Both the position numbers and the translations under genes were made by a program. The notes beneath the pieces are model-generated. The model did no database searches, was not told where the DNA came from, and saw nothing but the letters and a program-made list of their open reading frames with translations. From the NCBI GenBank assembly GCA_963717865.1, contig CAVQXL010000004.1, positions 1,325,840-1,389,839 of the forward strand: a DNA stretch of 64,000 nucleotides, given 5' to 3'. Positions 32,432 through 45,084 of this stretch are shown piece after piece (the first letter of the stretch is position 1; each line of letters begins with the position of its first letter). Source of the DNA: Candidatus Aminicenantes bacterium (GTDB taxonomy: Bacteria > Acidobacteriota > Aminicenantia > Aminicenantales > Saccharicenantaceae).

Positions 32432-32971
32432 ATGGGCGGTCCAGCGGGCCCCGTGGCGATGAAGGAGAGGCGGGCGACCTTCGCCGTCTGGCTCTTCGTT
32501 CTCCTCGGAAGCGGCGCCCTTGTCCTGATGACGCTGGCCGCTCCCATCCTCCGCTCACGGTCTCCCCGGCTATCCGCCCTGCTTTACGCCGTTTTCGCCC
32601 CGCTGTGTCACCAGGACGCAGGACGATGCCTCCACCTGGCCGGCTACCCCATGGCCGTTTGCGGCCGCTGTTTCGGGATCGACGTCGGATTTGCCCTGGG
32701 CGCCCTGCTCTATCCGTTCTTCAAGGGCTTCGCCCGGCCGTCCGCTCCGGGGATCCGGCCGTTCCTCCTGGCTTCCCTCCCTATCGTCCTGGACGGCGCC
32801 GGCAACATCCTCGGTCTCTGGTCGAGTCCGATCGGCGTCCGCTTCGCCACCGGCCTGCTCTGGGGCGCCGTCCTGCCGCCTTTTATCATCGCCGGCCTGC
32901 ACGAGCTCGCGATGCGTTCCCCCGGCTTCCGGCCCCGCGTCCATGGGCCCCGCTTGAATTCACGGGGCTAA
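32432..32971 (+). CDS. DUF2085-like membrane protein
   Basis: 179 aa with 4-5 TM segments. The Cys pairs CHQDAGRC...CGRC are typical of DUF2085. It starts 4 nt after the GT87-like stop. Confidence 0.6.
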   Translation: MGGPAGPVAMKERRATFAVWLFVLLGSGALVLMTLAAPILRSRSPRLSALLYAVFAPLCHQDAGRCLHLAGYPMAVCGRCFGIDVGFALGALLYPFFKGFARPSAPGIRPFLLASLPIVLDGAGNILGLWSSPIGVRFATGLLWGAVLPPFIIAGLHELAMRSPGFRPRVHGPRLNSRG

Positions 32972-33010
32972 CGTCATAGAATAGGGCGGATAGGTCGAGG
33001 AGATCAACGC

Positions 33011-33498
33011 ATGAACGAACAACGTCCCTCGATGCTCACGCCCGCCCTCCTCGGGGGCGCGGTCGCCGGCATCCTCTCGGGGCTTCCGTTCCTGAACTGC
33101 CTGTGCTGTTTCTGGATCATCGGCGGGGCCATGCTGGCCGCCTACCTGCTGGCCAAGGAATCGCCCGTCTCTCTCACCGCGGGGGACGGAGCCGTCGTCG
33201 GGGCCCTCGCCGGGCTCTCGGCGGCGGTCGTCGATTCCCTCATCAGCCTCCCTCTCCGCGGGCCTCAACCTGGCCGTGATGCACCGGATGATCGACCGCC
33301 TCTCCGAATTCGCCGACGAGATGCCTTCGGGCTGGGAGAGCTGGATCGACAGGAGCGCCGGGGGCTTCTCGCGTCACCATGTTCTTCCTCGGGCTCTTCC
33401 TGTCCGCGGTGATCTTCGCGGCCGTCGGGGCGCTCGGCGGGGTCATCGGGGCGTCCCTGTTCGGCCGCAAACCCCAAGCCCCCCCAAGGGAGCGAACG
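33011..33498 (+). pseudogene. small polytopic membrane protein of unknown function; two frameshifts (~33262, ~33372)
   Basis: MNEQRPSMLTPALLGGAVAGILSGLPFLNCLCCFWIIGGAMLAAYLLAK... continues as ...MHRMIDRLSEFADEMPSGWESWIDRSAGGFS and ...MFFLGLFLSAVIFAAVGALGGVIGASLFGRK in other frames. There is no stop before the kinase domain in the last frame. Confidence 0.4.
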
Positions 33499-34439
33499 TT
33501 GCGCCTTAAAACCCAGGTCATCGTCAACCCGGAATCCAACCAGGGCCGGACCCGCCGGCGGTGGGCGGAGATCAAGGAGGGACTCCGCCATTTCGTCAAG
33601 GAATTCCGCTACGATTTCACGGAAAAGCCCTTCGAGGCCATCGAGATGACCCGGGCCGCCATCAAGGACGGCTCGGAGCTCATCATCGGGGTCGGCGGCG
33701 ACGGGACCATGAACGAGATCGCCAACGGCTTCTACGAGGACACGCGGATCATCAACCCCGAGACCAGCCTGGGCATCGTGCCCGTCGGGGACGGGCTGCG
33801 ACCTGACCAAGAGCCTGAACATCCCGTCCCGGCTCAAGGACGCCCTCAAGGTCATCACCGAAGCTCCCTCGGCCCGGATCGACGTCGGCCGGGCGAGGTT
33901 CCGGTCGGCCTCCGGGGCGCCGATGGAGCGCGTTCTTCCTCAACATCGCCGACTTCGGGATCGGCGGCGAGGTCGTCCAGAAGGTCAACGAGCGCCGCCT
34001 GGAGCGCAAGGCCTCGTCCTATGTCCGCTGCCTGGTCGCGACCATGGCCCAGTACCGGAACAAGAGGCTCGGGATCCGGATCGACGGCCGGGACCTCCCG
34101 GATGGCGACTACCTGATCGGCGCCGTCGCCAACGGCAGGGTCTTCGGCAAGGGCATGAAGGTCGCCCCCGAGGCCATGCTCGACGACGGGCTCTTCGATA
34201 CGGTCCTCGTCAAGGGCATGCGGTTCCTCGAGTTCTGCCGCCACGGCTGGAAGCTCATCAACGGCAGCCACCTCTCCCACCCCAAGATCAGCCTCATCCG
34301 CGGCCGACGCGTCGAGGCCGTGTCCCGGACGGAGGACGACGTCCTCCTCGAGCTCGACGGCGAACAGCTGGGCAGCCTGCCGGCGACGTTCGAGATCGTG
34401 CCCGGGGCCATGCTCGTCAAGGGTTATCCGGCGACCTGA
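33499..34439 (+). pseudogene. diacylglycerol-kinase catalytic-domain lipid kinase (YegS/LCB5 family); two frameshifts (~33790, ~33935)
   Basis: Possible TTG start with AAGGGAG upstream. LKTQVIVNPESNQGR, LIIGVGGDGTMNEIANG and LGIVPVGTGCD (after a frame switch) are present, and the C-terminal half is intact in ORF 34044..34439. It may instead be fused to the upstream membrane segment. Confidence 0.7.
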
Positions 34440-34536
34440 ACGTCCGTCCGGCCCGTCGCGGCTTCCGGACAGGCGAACCCGTTCCGGCAGACCGGCGCTC
34501 ATCAAGGTCGAGTTGCAGGATCGTCGCGGCGCCGGA

Positions 34537-35102
34537 TCAACCGGGCTTGTTCAGGGCATAAAGGCGCGGGTCGTTGGTGAGGACGAGCTTCCCGTCGGCG
34601 TCATAATATTTGTAGATGATGGTCCGGGTCCGGATATTCGCGTTCTTGTAGCCCGCCTGGATCCGCTTGATGTAGTTCCGCGTCTCCGGGTAGGGCGGGA
34701 TGCCCTTGTATCTTTTGACGGCTTCCTGTCCGGCGTTGTAGGCGGCCAGGACGAGGCTCGTTTTCCCCTGATAGAGCTTGATCAGGTCCTTGAGGTATTT
34801 CGTCCCGCCCTCGATGTTCTCTTCGGGGTCCACGAAATCGTTGACGCCGTAGGCCTTGGCCGTGGCCGGCATGAGCTGCATGAGCCCGATGGCTCCCTTC
34901 GCGCGAGACGGCGAAGCTCTCGTAGTTGGACTCGGCCCGGATGATGGCGTGGATGAGCTCCGGCTCGATGCCGTGCTTCTTCGCCACCTTCCGGACGACC
35001 GGATCGTACGTTCTCCTGCGAGGAGTCCCGGGGCACGGCCCCGAGCGACAAGGAAACCCCCGCAAAAAGGAAGATGGTCCCGGCCACAAGCAGTCTTTTC
35101 AT
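34537..35102 (-). pseudogene. lytic transglycosylase (SLT domain) with signal peptide; two frameshifts
   Basis: ATG 35102 (MKRLLVAGTIFLFAGVSLSLGA). SLT motifs are AIIRAESNYE (catalytic Glu), GLMQLMP and AAYNAGQEAVKRY. Confidence 0.8.
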
Positions 35103-35173
35103 GATTCTATTGACCCCATCATGCACAAAACGCCCCGGATTATGCAATCCCCCCTTGGGGTGATTTTCGGGGG

Positions 35174-37833
35174 TTACTCCCGGGCCAGCTTTTCGACCAG
35201 GGCGGGGCTCTCTGCGAGGGCCCCGTCCAGAGCCGCGGGGTCCGATCCCCCGGCCTGGGCGAAATCCGGCCGGCCGCCGCCCCCGCCGCCGACGAGCGGG
35301 GCGAGTTCCCTGATGACGGCCCCGGCCTGGACCCGGGACGTCAGGTCCTTGGTCACCGAGACGACCAGGAAGGCCTTGCTCCCCTGGGCGGAGCCGAGGA
35401 TGACGACCCCCGAGCCGAGCTTCTGCTTCAACGAATCGGCGAGGTCCCTGAGCTCGGTCATGTCGAGGCCTTCGACCTTCCGGACCATGCACGGGGATGC
35501 CCTTGACCGTCCGGACATCGTCGCCCTCTTCCTCCGAAGCTGCTCTCGGGCGAGCTTCCGGCGCAGGGCCCTGTTCTCTTTTTCGGCCTCTTCGAGGGCC
35601 GCCCGGAGCTTATCGATCCTGGGCAGGACCTCCTTCCGGGGGACGCCGAGCCCCTGCTCCACGCCCGCCATCAGGTCCTCGAGCTCCTGGACGATGGCGG
35701 AAGGCCTCCTCGCCCGGTCACGGCCTCGATCCGGCGCATCCCGGCCGCGACACTCGATTCCGAGAGGATCTTGAACAGCCCGATCTCGCCCGGTGGAATG
35801 GACGTGGATCCCGCCGCAGAGCTCCTTGCTGAAGTCCCCGACCCGGACGAGCCGGACGGTCTCTCCGTATTTCTCCTCGAAGATGGCCATGGCCCCTTCC
35901 CGGATGCCCTCTTCGAGGGTCGTGATCTTGGTGTGACGCCGAGGTCCTCCCGGATCTTCTCGTTGACCAGGTCCTCGACCTTCCGGATCTCCTCCGGCCT
36001 CAAGGCGGCGAAATGGGTGAAATCGAACCTCAGCCGCTTGTCCGAGACGAGCGAGCCGGCCTGCTTGACGTGGTCCCCCAGGACCTGGCGCAGGGCGGCA
36101 TGGAGAAGATGGGTCGCGGTGTGGTTCCCGGAGATCGCACTCCGGCGGGCCAGGTCGGCCCGGACGTCGACGCGGTCTCCCGCGGCCAGGGTCCCGGCCA
36201 GGGCTTTGACCCGGTGGGCGATGATCTCGGGCGTGAGATAGTAGGCGTTCTCGACGAGGCCGGAAAAACGGGCGTTCTTGAGGACGCCCGTATCCCCCAC
36301 CTGTCCTCCGGCCTCGGCGTAGAACGGCGTCCGGTCGAGGACGACCTCTCCTTCCTCTCCGGGGCCGAGCGCGGGCGGCGCGCTTCCCGTCCTTGAGGAT
36401 GGCCAGGACCTCGGCGTCCTGGACCTCGGCCGACTCGTGAGCGACGGACCGGACCTTGAGGTCCTTCAGATCCTCGTAGACCTTCCTGGCCTTCTGCTTG
36501 AGTCTCGCCCTTCCAGGACTGCCGGGCCCTTTCCTTCTGGTTCTCGAGCTCGCTGGAAAAGCCCGCCTCGTCGACCGCCAGCCTCTCTTTCGGCGGCCAG
36601 TTCCTGGGAGAGGTCGAGGGGGAAGCCGAAGGTGTCGTAGAGCTTGAAGGCCTTGTCGCCCGGAGATCGTCGTCCGGCCCTCCGTTCCGGGTCTCCGCGA
36701 CGATACTGATCGAAGATACGGAGCCCGGAGGCCAGGGTCGACGGCGAACCGCTCCTCCTCGGACAGGCAGACCCGGGAAATGTAGTTCATGGAGGCCAGG
36801 AGCTCGGGATAGGCGTCCTTCATGATGTCGCCCGACGCCGCCCGTGAGCTTGTAGAGGAAAGGCTCGTTCGATCCCGAGGAGGTTGCCGTGCCGGAAGGC
36901 CCGGCGGATGAGGCGCCGCAGGACGTAGCCCCGGCCGTCGTTGGCCGGGCGTCACGCCGTCGCCGATGAGAAAGGTCACGGCCCGGATGTGGTCGGCGAT
37001 GATCCGGACCGAGATGTCGCCTTCGTCGCCGGCCGGGTACTCCCGCCCGGCGATCTCGCAGATCGCCTCGATGAGCGGCATGAAGAGGTCGGTGTCGTAG
37101 TTGCTCGTCTTCCCCTGGAGGACGGCGGCCATCCGTTCCAGGCCCATCCCCGTGTCGATGGACGGCGACGGGAGCGGGTCGAGGACGCCCCCTTCCGTCC
37201 TGGTTCTTTTCCATGAAGACGAGGTTCCAGAGCTCGACGAACCGGTCGCTCCCCTTTTCGATGAGGGCGCACGGGTCGCCCGGCTCGATGTCCTCGCCGA
37301 GGTCGTAGTGGATCTCCGAGCAGGGACCGCACGGGCCCGTCTCTCCCATGGACCAGTAATTGTCCTTTTTCCCGTAGCGGAAGATCCGGTCCGGCCGGGA
37401 CGCCGATGTCCCCGGCCCAGATCGCGAAGGCTTCGTCGTCCTCCTCGTAGACCGTGACATAGAGCCGGTCCGGGTCGAGCCGAAGACGCCGGTCATGAGC
37501 TCCCAGGCAAAGGCGATGGCCTCCTTCTTGAAATAATCGCCGAAGGAGAAGTTGCCGAGCATCTCGAAGAAGGTGTGATGCTTGGCGGTCCGGCCGACCG
37601 TCTCCAGGTCGTTGTGCTTCCCGCTGACGCGCATGCACTTCTGGACGGAGACGGCCCGCGCTGTAGCTCCGCGTCTCCAGGCCGAGGAAGATGTTCTTGA
37701 ACTGGTTCATCCCCGCGTTGGTGAACAGGATCGTCGGGTCGTCCTTGGGAAGGAGCGACGAGCTCTTGACGACCTTGTGGCCCCGGCGGGCGAAGTACTC
37801 GAGGAAGGTTTCGCGGATCTCGCTGCGATGTCA
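35174..37833 (-). pseudogene. alaS: alanine--tRNA ligase; many frameshifts
   Basis: ATG 37833 forms ATGA with the pilT stop. Recoverable pieces are [62 protein letters not shown], editing domain [12 protein letters not shown] and C-terminal [14 protein letters not shown]. The frame already shifts at codon 4. Confidence 0.9.
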
Positions 37834-38993
37834 TCGAGCCTCTTCTTCCGGTCCTCCCCTCCACGCGTTCGACCTTGCTCATCTGCTTTTCCATCTCCTC
37901 CAGGGCGATGTCCAGGGTCGATTGGATGCCCATGACCCGGAGCTTGAAGTTGTCCGGGTTGGACGAGTACTTCATGCCCTGCTCGAAGGAGATGTAGCCG
38001 TCCCGGTAGAGCTGGTAGATCGACTGGTCGAACGTCTGCATGCCGTATTGGGAGACGCCGGACGCGATCGCGTCCTGGATGAGGGTCGTCTTTTCCCGGT
38101 CCGCGATGCACTCCGCGATGTAGGGCGTGGAGATCATGACCTCGACGGCCGGGACCCGGCCCTGGCCGTCCATCCGCGGGATCAGCCGCATCGAGATGAT
38201 CGCCTTCAGGATGCTGGCCAGCTGGAGCCGGACCTGGCGCTGGTGGTGGGGGGCGAAGACCGAGATGATGCGGTTGATGCTCTCGGGAGCGTCCAGGGTG
38301 TGGAGGGTGCTGAAGACGAGGTGGCCCGTCTCGGCGGCCAGGAGGGCCGTCTCGATGGTGTCCAGGTCGCGCATCTCGCCCACCAGGATGACGTCGGGGT
38401 CCTCGCGGAGGCAGGCGCGCAGGCCCCGCGCGAACGACGATGACGTCCATGCCCGACCTCCCTCTGGCTGATGGAGCTCTTCTTGTCCTTGTGGAGGTAC
38501 TCGATCGGGTCCTCGATGGTGATGATGTTCTCCCGGCGGTAGGTGTTGATGTAGTCGAGCATGGCGGCCAGCGTCGTCGTCTTGCCGCTCCCGGTCGTCC
38601 CGGTGACCAGGACGAGGCCGCGCTGATAGAAGGCGATCTTTTCCAGGACCTCGGGCAGGAGGAGCTGGCGGATGGTCTTGACCTCGAGCGGGATGATCCG
38701 GAGGGCGATGGCCAGCGAGCCGCGCTGGTGGAAGATGCTTCCCCGGAAACGGCCGAATCCCGGCAGGCTGTAGGCCAGGTCGATGTCCAGGTCCTCCTGT
38801 GAGGCGCTTCTTCTGGTAGTCCGTCATCATCTGGTTCGCCAAGTTCCTCGGTGTCCTGGGTCGTGAGCCGGGGAAAGCCCGTCAGCGGCGTCAGCGTCCC
38901 GTGGACCCGGATCATCGGGTGGTTCCCGGCCTTCAGGTGGACGTCCGAAGCGTCCCTCTCGATGGCGATCTTCAGGAATTCATCGATGACCAT
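37830..38993 (-). pseudogene. pilT: type IV pilus retraction ATPase PilT-like; several frameshifts
   Basis: MVIDEFLKIAIERDASDVHLKAGNHPMIRVHG, Walker [17 protein letters not shown] (other frame), [24 protein letters not shown] and [10 protein letters not shown]. The end is placed at TGA 37830 (ATGA with the alaS start), which needs one more shift near 37870. Confidence 0.8.
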
Positions 38994-39018
38994 GGCCGTC
39001 TCCTTGATCCCGAATTTA

Positions 39019-39947
39019 TCAGAGATATGTCAACCAATGGTACCTGTCCTCGCGGGCCCCGTTGATCGACGGCGAAGAACTCCTCCTGGAGCTTCTCCGT
39101 GACGGGCCCCCGGCGGCCCGAGCCGACGGTGATCTTGTCGATGGACCGGATCGGCGTGATCTCGGCCGCCGAGCCGGTGAAGAAGACCTCGTCGGCCGTA
39201 TAGAGCATCTCGCGGGGGATCGTCTCCTCGACGAGCTCGATCCCCAGGTCCCGGAGGATGGTCGATGACCGAGTCCCGGGTGATGCCCGGGCAGGACCGA
39301 GGCCGACAGGGACGGCGTGTGGACCTTGCCGTTCAGTGACCAGGAAGATGTTCTCCCCGCTCCCCTCGCTGACGTGGCCCCGGATGTTCAGGGCGATCCC
39401 CTCCGCATAGCCGTCGAGGATGGCTTCCATCTTGATGAGCTGGGAGTTCATGTAGTTGGCTCCGGCCTTGGCCAGGGCCGGGAAGGTGTTGGGGGCCATC
39501 CGCCACCAGGTCGAGACCTTGACGTCGATCCCCTTCTCCAGGGCCTCCTCGCCCAGGTACTGGCCCCATTCCCAGACGAGGATGGAGCAGTCCACCGGGT
39601 TCGGGAAGGGATCGACGCCGAGCGTCTCGTATCCCCGGTAAACGATCGGGCCGGACGTAGCAGGCCTTGAACCCGTTGGCCCGGACGGTGTCCAGGACGG
39701 CCCGGTTGAATTCGTCCTGGGTGTAGGGGATCTCCATCCTGTAGATTTTGCAGGAGTTATAAAGCCGCTTCGTATGGTCCTTGAGCCGGAAGAGGGCCGT
39801 TCCTTTCGGCGTGTCGTAGGCCCGGAGGCCCTCGAAGAGGGAGCTCCCGTAGTGGACGACATGCGAGGCGACATGGATCGTGGCTTCCTTCCAGGGGACG
39901 AGTCGGCCGTTCATCCACACGATCCCGTTCTCGTTGAAAGGACTCAT
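39019..39947 (-). pseudogene. ilvE: branched-chain amino acid aminotransferase; at least four frameshifts
   Basis: MSPFNENGIVWMNGRLVPWKEATIHVASHVVHYGSSLFEGLRAY, YVRPIVYRGY, NYMNSQL and EVFFTGSAAEITPIRSID. The C-terminus INGAREDRYHWLTYL* is recovered in another frame (stop 39019). Confidence 0.85.
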
Positions 39948-40032
39948 GCCCGGCTCCTCAGACGGTTTTTCGCGCCTTTTTGGTTTCCTTCATGGTATCC
40001 CAATCGCCGGCGCCAAGTCAAATCCCCGCCCG

Positions 40033-40972
40033 TCAGACCGATTCCCCGCAATGGGGGCAGGCCCTGGATTTCAGGGGCAGGGGCCGGCGGCAGTTCCAGC
40101 AGAGGGCGGCCTTGCGGGCTTCCCGGGCCTTGATCCGCGAGAAGATGTCCTCGATCTCGGAGCTCTTCGTGTCGCGCCCCTTGAAGAGCGGAAAGCCCCC
40201 GGATGATCTCCCCGGCGCCCTGGTAACGGTCCTCGACCTTGGCCGCCAGGCATTTCATGATGATCTCGTCGACCTCCTTCGGGACCTTGTGGTTCCTGAT
40301 CCGGGGAGGCGTGATCTTCCCCTGCTGGGCTTTTTCCAGGATCTTGAAGGGGTCCGGGTCGAAGATGGGCGGCCGCCCGATGATCATCTCGTAGAAGATA
40401 CAGCCGATGGAATAGACGTCCGAGGCGTAGGAGGCCTTCCCCATGAACTGCTCGGGAGCCATGTAGGGCGGAGAGCCGATCCGGGTCGAGGCGTAGGGGA
40501 CGGAATTCAGCCAGGCCGACGTCCCGAAGTCGGTGATCTTGACCGTCGCGTCCTCGGAGACCATGATGTTGGACGGCCGGAGGTCCCGGTGGATGATCTT
40601 GTTCTTGTGGGCGTGATCGATCCCGTAGGCGACCTGACGGACGTAGTCCATGGCCTGCTCGCAGTCGAGGACCTTCTCCTTCTCGAGGATCCGCTCGAGC
40701 GTCCTGCCCTTGACGTATTCCATGACCATGAAGAAGACGTTCTTCTCCTTCTCGGCCGAGATCATCCGGACGATGTTCGGGTGGTTGAGGGCGGCCTGGA
40801 GCCGGGGCTCCTTGAGCAGCTTGTAGAGCTCGACGGACTGCTTGTGGGGGACCTTGAGGGCAACCTTGATGTCGAGCCAGGTGTCCTTGGCCAGGAAGAC
40901 CGACCCGAACCCCCCGCTCCCGAGGGACCGGATGATCTCGTACTTGCCGACCTTCTGTCCTTGCAGGAACAT
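40033..40972 (-). pseudogene. Hanks-type Ser/Thr protein kinase with C-terminal zinc ribbon; one frameshift near 40195
   Basis: GSGGFGSV, VALKV, HRDLRPSNIM, DFG and PPYMAPE are all present. After the shift the tail reads ...KAREARKAALCWNCRRPLPLKSRACPHCGESV* (stop 40033). ATG 40972 lies 1 nt after the rsmE stop. Confidence 0.8.
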
Positions 40973-40973
40973 G

Positions 40974-41716
40974 TCACCCGTTCCAGAAGTGGGCGATCAT
41001 CCCGACGGCGACGATCGTCGCGGTCTCGGCCCGGAGGACGGTCCTTCCCAGGCTGACGGCTTCGAAGCCCGCGTTCTCGAGCATCGTCTCCTCGGCCTCC
41101 GTCCAGCCGCCTTCGGGCCCCGTACAGGAGGACCGCGTCCGGCGGGCCGCGGAAGACCCTCCGGGCCCGGTCAGGACCTCTCCGAGAGGCGTCCCGCCGC
41201 TCTCGGAAGATAAAGGCGGCGCTCTCCCGGCCGCGCCGGCCGGCGAATCCCTCGAGCGGCGTGGACGGCCCGATCGAGGTCGCGGTCGACCGGCGGCTCT
41301 GCTTGGCCGCCTCGAGGGCGATCTTCCTCCAGCGCTCGATCTTTTTCCCTCCGTCCCCGGCGAGGCCGTGAAGCGACCGGGCCGTGATGAGGGGCACGAC
41401 CGCCGCCACGCCGAGCTCGGCGGCCTTTCGGACGACGAGGTCCATGTTCGCGGGCTTGATCAAGGCCTGGCCGAGCGTGATCCCGACCCCGGTGTCAGCA
41501 GCCATCGGCCGGCCCGACGAGCCGGACGCACGTCCGGTCCTTCCCGATGACCTCGACCTCGGCCAGGTACCGCTTCCCTTCCCGATCGAAGACCCAGATC
41601 CGCTCGCCCGCCTTGATCCGGGCCACCCGGGCCAGGTGATGGTGTTCGGCCCCTTCGAGCCAGGCCCGAGAGGCGGCGGGGTCGATCCGCTCCAGGAAGA
41701 ACTGTTTCGACGTCAA
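40974..41716 (-). pseudogene. rsmE: 16S rRNA (uracil1498-N3)-methyltransferase RsmE; at least two frameshifts
   Basis: The N-terminus is PUA-like (MTSKQFFLERIDPAASRAWLEGAEHHHLARVARIKAGERIWVFD). The SPOUT motif LLYGPEGGWTEAE is restored by removing one G/C at 41118-41121. The C-terminus reads ...AHFWNG* (stop 40974). Confidence 0.8.
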
Positions 41717-41735
41717 CGGTCCCGTCCATCTCCCG

Positions 41736-42860
41736 TCAATGGAATAGGTTCCTGACCTTCGACGCGACGCTCCGGTCCACGGCGTCGACGACCTCCCCCC
41801 GAAGCTCGGCCAGCTTGAGGAGAAGGGCCTTCTGCTCCTTGGTCAGATCGGACGGCGTCTTCACGACGACCTTCACGAAAAGATCCCCCTTTCGATGGCC
41901 CCCGACGTCGCGGATCCCCTTGCCCTTGAGCCGGAAGGTCTCGCCGGACTGGACGCCGGCCGGGACCTTGAGGATCTCGCTCCCCTCGAATGTCGGGATC
42001 TCGACCCGCGCGCCCAGGGCGGCCTGGGCGAAGGAGAGCGGGATCTCGCAGATGAGGTCGTTCCTTTCGCGCTCGAAAAAATCGTGCTTCCGGACGCGGG
42101 TGATGACGTAGAGGTCGCCCCGGGGCATGCCCTGGTCCCCGGCTTCCCCTTCGCCGGCGACCCGGAGCCGTGTGCCGTCGTCGACGCCGACCGGGATCTT
42201 GATCTTCAGGGTCGTCCGGTCCTTGACCTTGCCCGCGCCCTGGCACGTCCCGCAGGGCGAGGCGATGATCTCGCCGGCCCCCCGGCAGTGGGAGCACGTC
42301 CGGGAGACCGTGAAGAACCCCTGTTGGTACCGGATCTGGCCCCGGCCCTGGCAGGCAGGGCAGGCCGTCTTCTGGGTCCCCGGCTTGAGCTTCGAACCGT
42401 CGCAGGCGGGACAGCGCTCGTGCCGCGTGAGCTTGATCTCCTTCTCGGCGCCCAGGACCGCCTCGTCGAGGCCGATCTCGAGCTCGAGGGCCAGGTCCCT
42501 CCCCCGTTGGGGTCGGTCCGCCCGGCGCCTGTCCGCGCCGCCGAAGAGGTCGCCGAAGCTGAACCCGAAGAAATTCCCGAGGATGTCCTCGAAATCCGTG
42601 AACACCGACGGATCGAACCCCGGGGCGCCCCGGCCCCTCAGTCCCTCCGCCCCGTACTGGTCGTAGACGGACCTTTTCTCCGGGTCGATGAGGACGCTAT
42701 AGGCTTCGGCGGCCAGCTTGAATCGCTCTTCGGCTTCGCGGTTCCCGGGATTCCTGTCCGGATGGTGTTTGAGCGCGGCCTGCCTGTAGGCCTTCTTGAT
42801 CTCTTCCGGGGATGCCTGCGCCGGCACTCCCAGGATCCGGTAATAGTCTTGTTCGGACAT
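41736..42860 (-). CDS. dnaJ: molecular chaperone DnaJ (type I, with zinc-finger domain)
   Basis: 374 aa, intact. J-domain DYYRILGV...HPDRNP, a G/F region, and four CxxCxG motifs ([31 protein letters not shown]). Confidence 0.95.
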   Translation of the reverse strand: MSEQDYYRILGVPAQASPEEIKKAYRQAALKHHPDRNPGNREAEERFKLAAEAYSVLIDPEKRSVYDQYGAEGLRGRGAPGFDPSVFTDFEDILGNFFGFSFGDLFGGADRRRADRPQRGRDLALELEIGLDEAVLGAEKEIKLTRHERCPACDGSKLKPGTQKTACPACQGRGQIRYQQGFFTVSRTCSHCRGAGEIIASPCGTCQGAGKVKDRTTLKIKIPVGVDDGTRLRVAGEGEAGDQGMPRGDLYVITRVRKHDFFERERNDLICEIPLSFAQAALGARVEIPTFEGSEILKVPAGVQSGETFRLKGKGIRDVGGHRKGDLFVKVVVKTPSDLTKEQKALLLKLAELRGEVVDAVDRSVASKVRNLFH

Positions 42861-42864
42861 GCTC

Positions 42865-44435
<1,571 letters not shown>

Positions 44436-44438
44436 GGT

Positions 44439-45084
44439 TCAGGCCCTTCTTCGGGACGACGACCTTGACCAGGGCCGGACGGAGGAGGCGGGAATGGAGC
44501 ATGTAGCCCTTCTGCAGCACCTCGCCGACCTCGGGCTCGCTCACGCCCTCGGATTCCTCGGTGATCATGGCGTGATGGACGTTCGGGTCGAACGTCTTGT
44601 CCTTGATCTCGATGGGCCGGACGCCTCTCTTGAAGAGGGCGCTCTGGAACATCCGGTAGATCAGCTCGATGCCGTCGCGAAAGCTCTTCCCGTCGGGGGA
44701 CGCGTCCGCGGCGCCGAGGGCCCGTTCGAAGTTGTCCAGGACCCCGAGGAGCTCGAGCAGGAGCTCGCTCAGGGCGAACTGGGTGTACTCGGTCTTCTCG
44801 CGCTCGACCCGCTTCCTCAGGTTGTCCATATCGGCCATAGCCCTGAGGTACTGGTCCCTGATCTCGTCTCTCTCCTTCCTGAGCTGGCGCATCTCGGCGT
44901 CCCTCTTGCGGGCCTTGAGGTGCCGGCCTTCGTCGTTCGCCGGTGCGGGGGGCTCGCTCGGAGCCGCCACGGGCGCGGCTGCGCCCGCCGGGACCCCGGC
45001 CCCCGGCGCCCCCTCCTCCTCCGGGGGTTTCTGCGGGATATATTCGATCTCTTCGGCTTTCTTGTCGTCTTCGGGATCGTTCAT
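44439..45084 (-). pseudogene. grpE: nucleotide exchange factor GrpE; 3' end uncertain (no in-frame stop before dnaK)
   Basis: ATG 45084 forms ATGA with the hrcA stop. An Ala/Pro-rich N-terminus is followed by [29 protein letters not shown] and [22 protein letters not shown]. The nearest stop (TGA 44439-41) is in another frame, implying a terminal indel. Confidence 0.8.
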
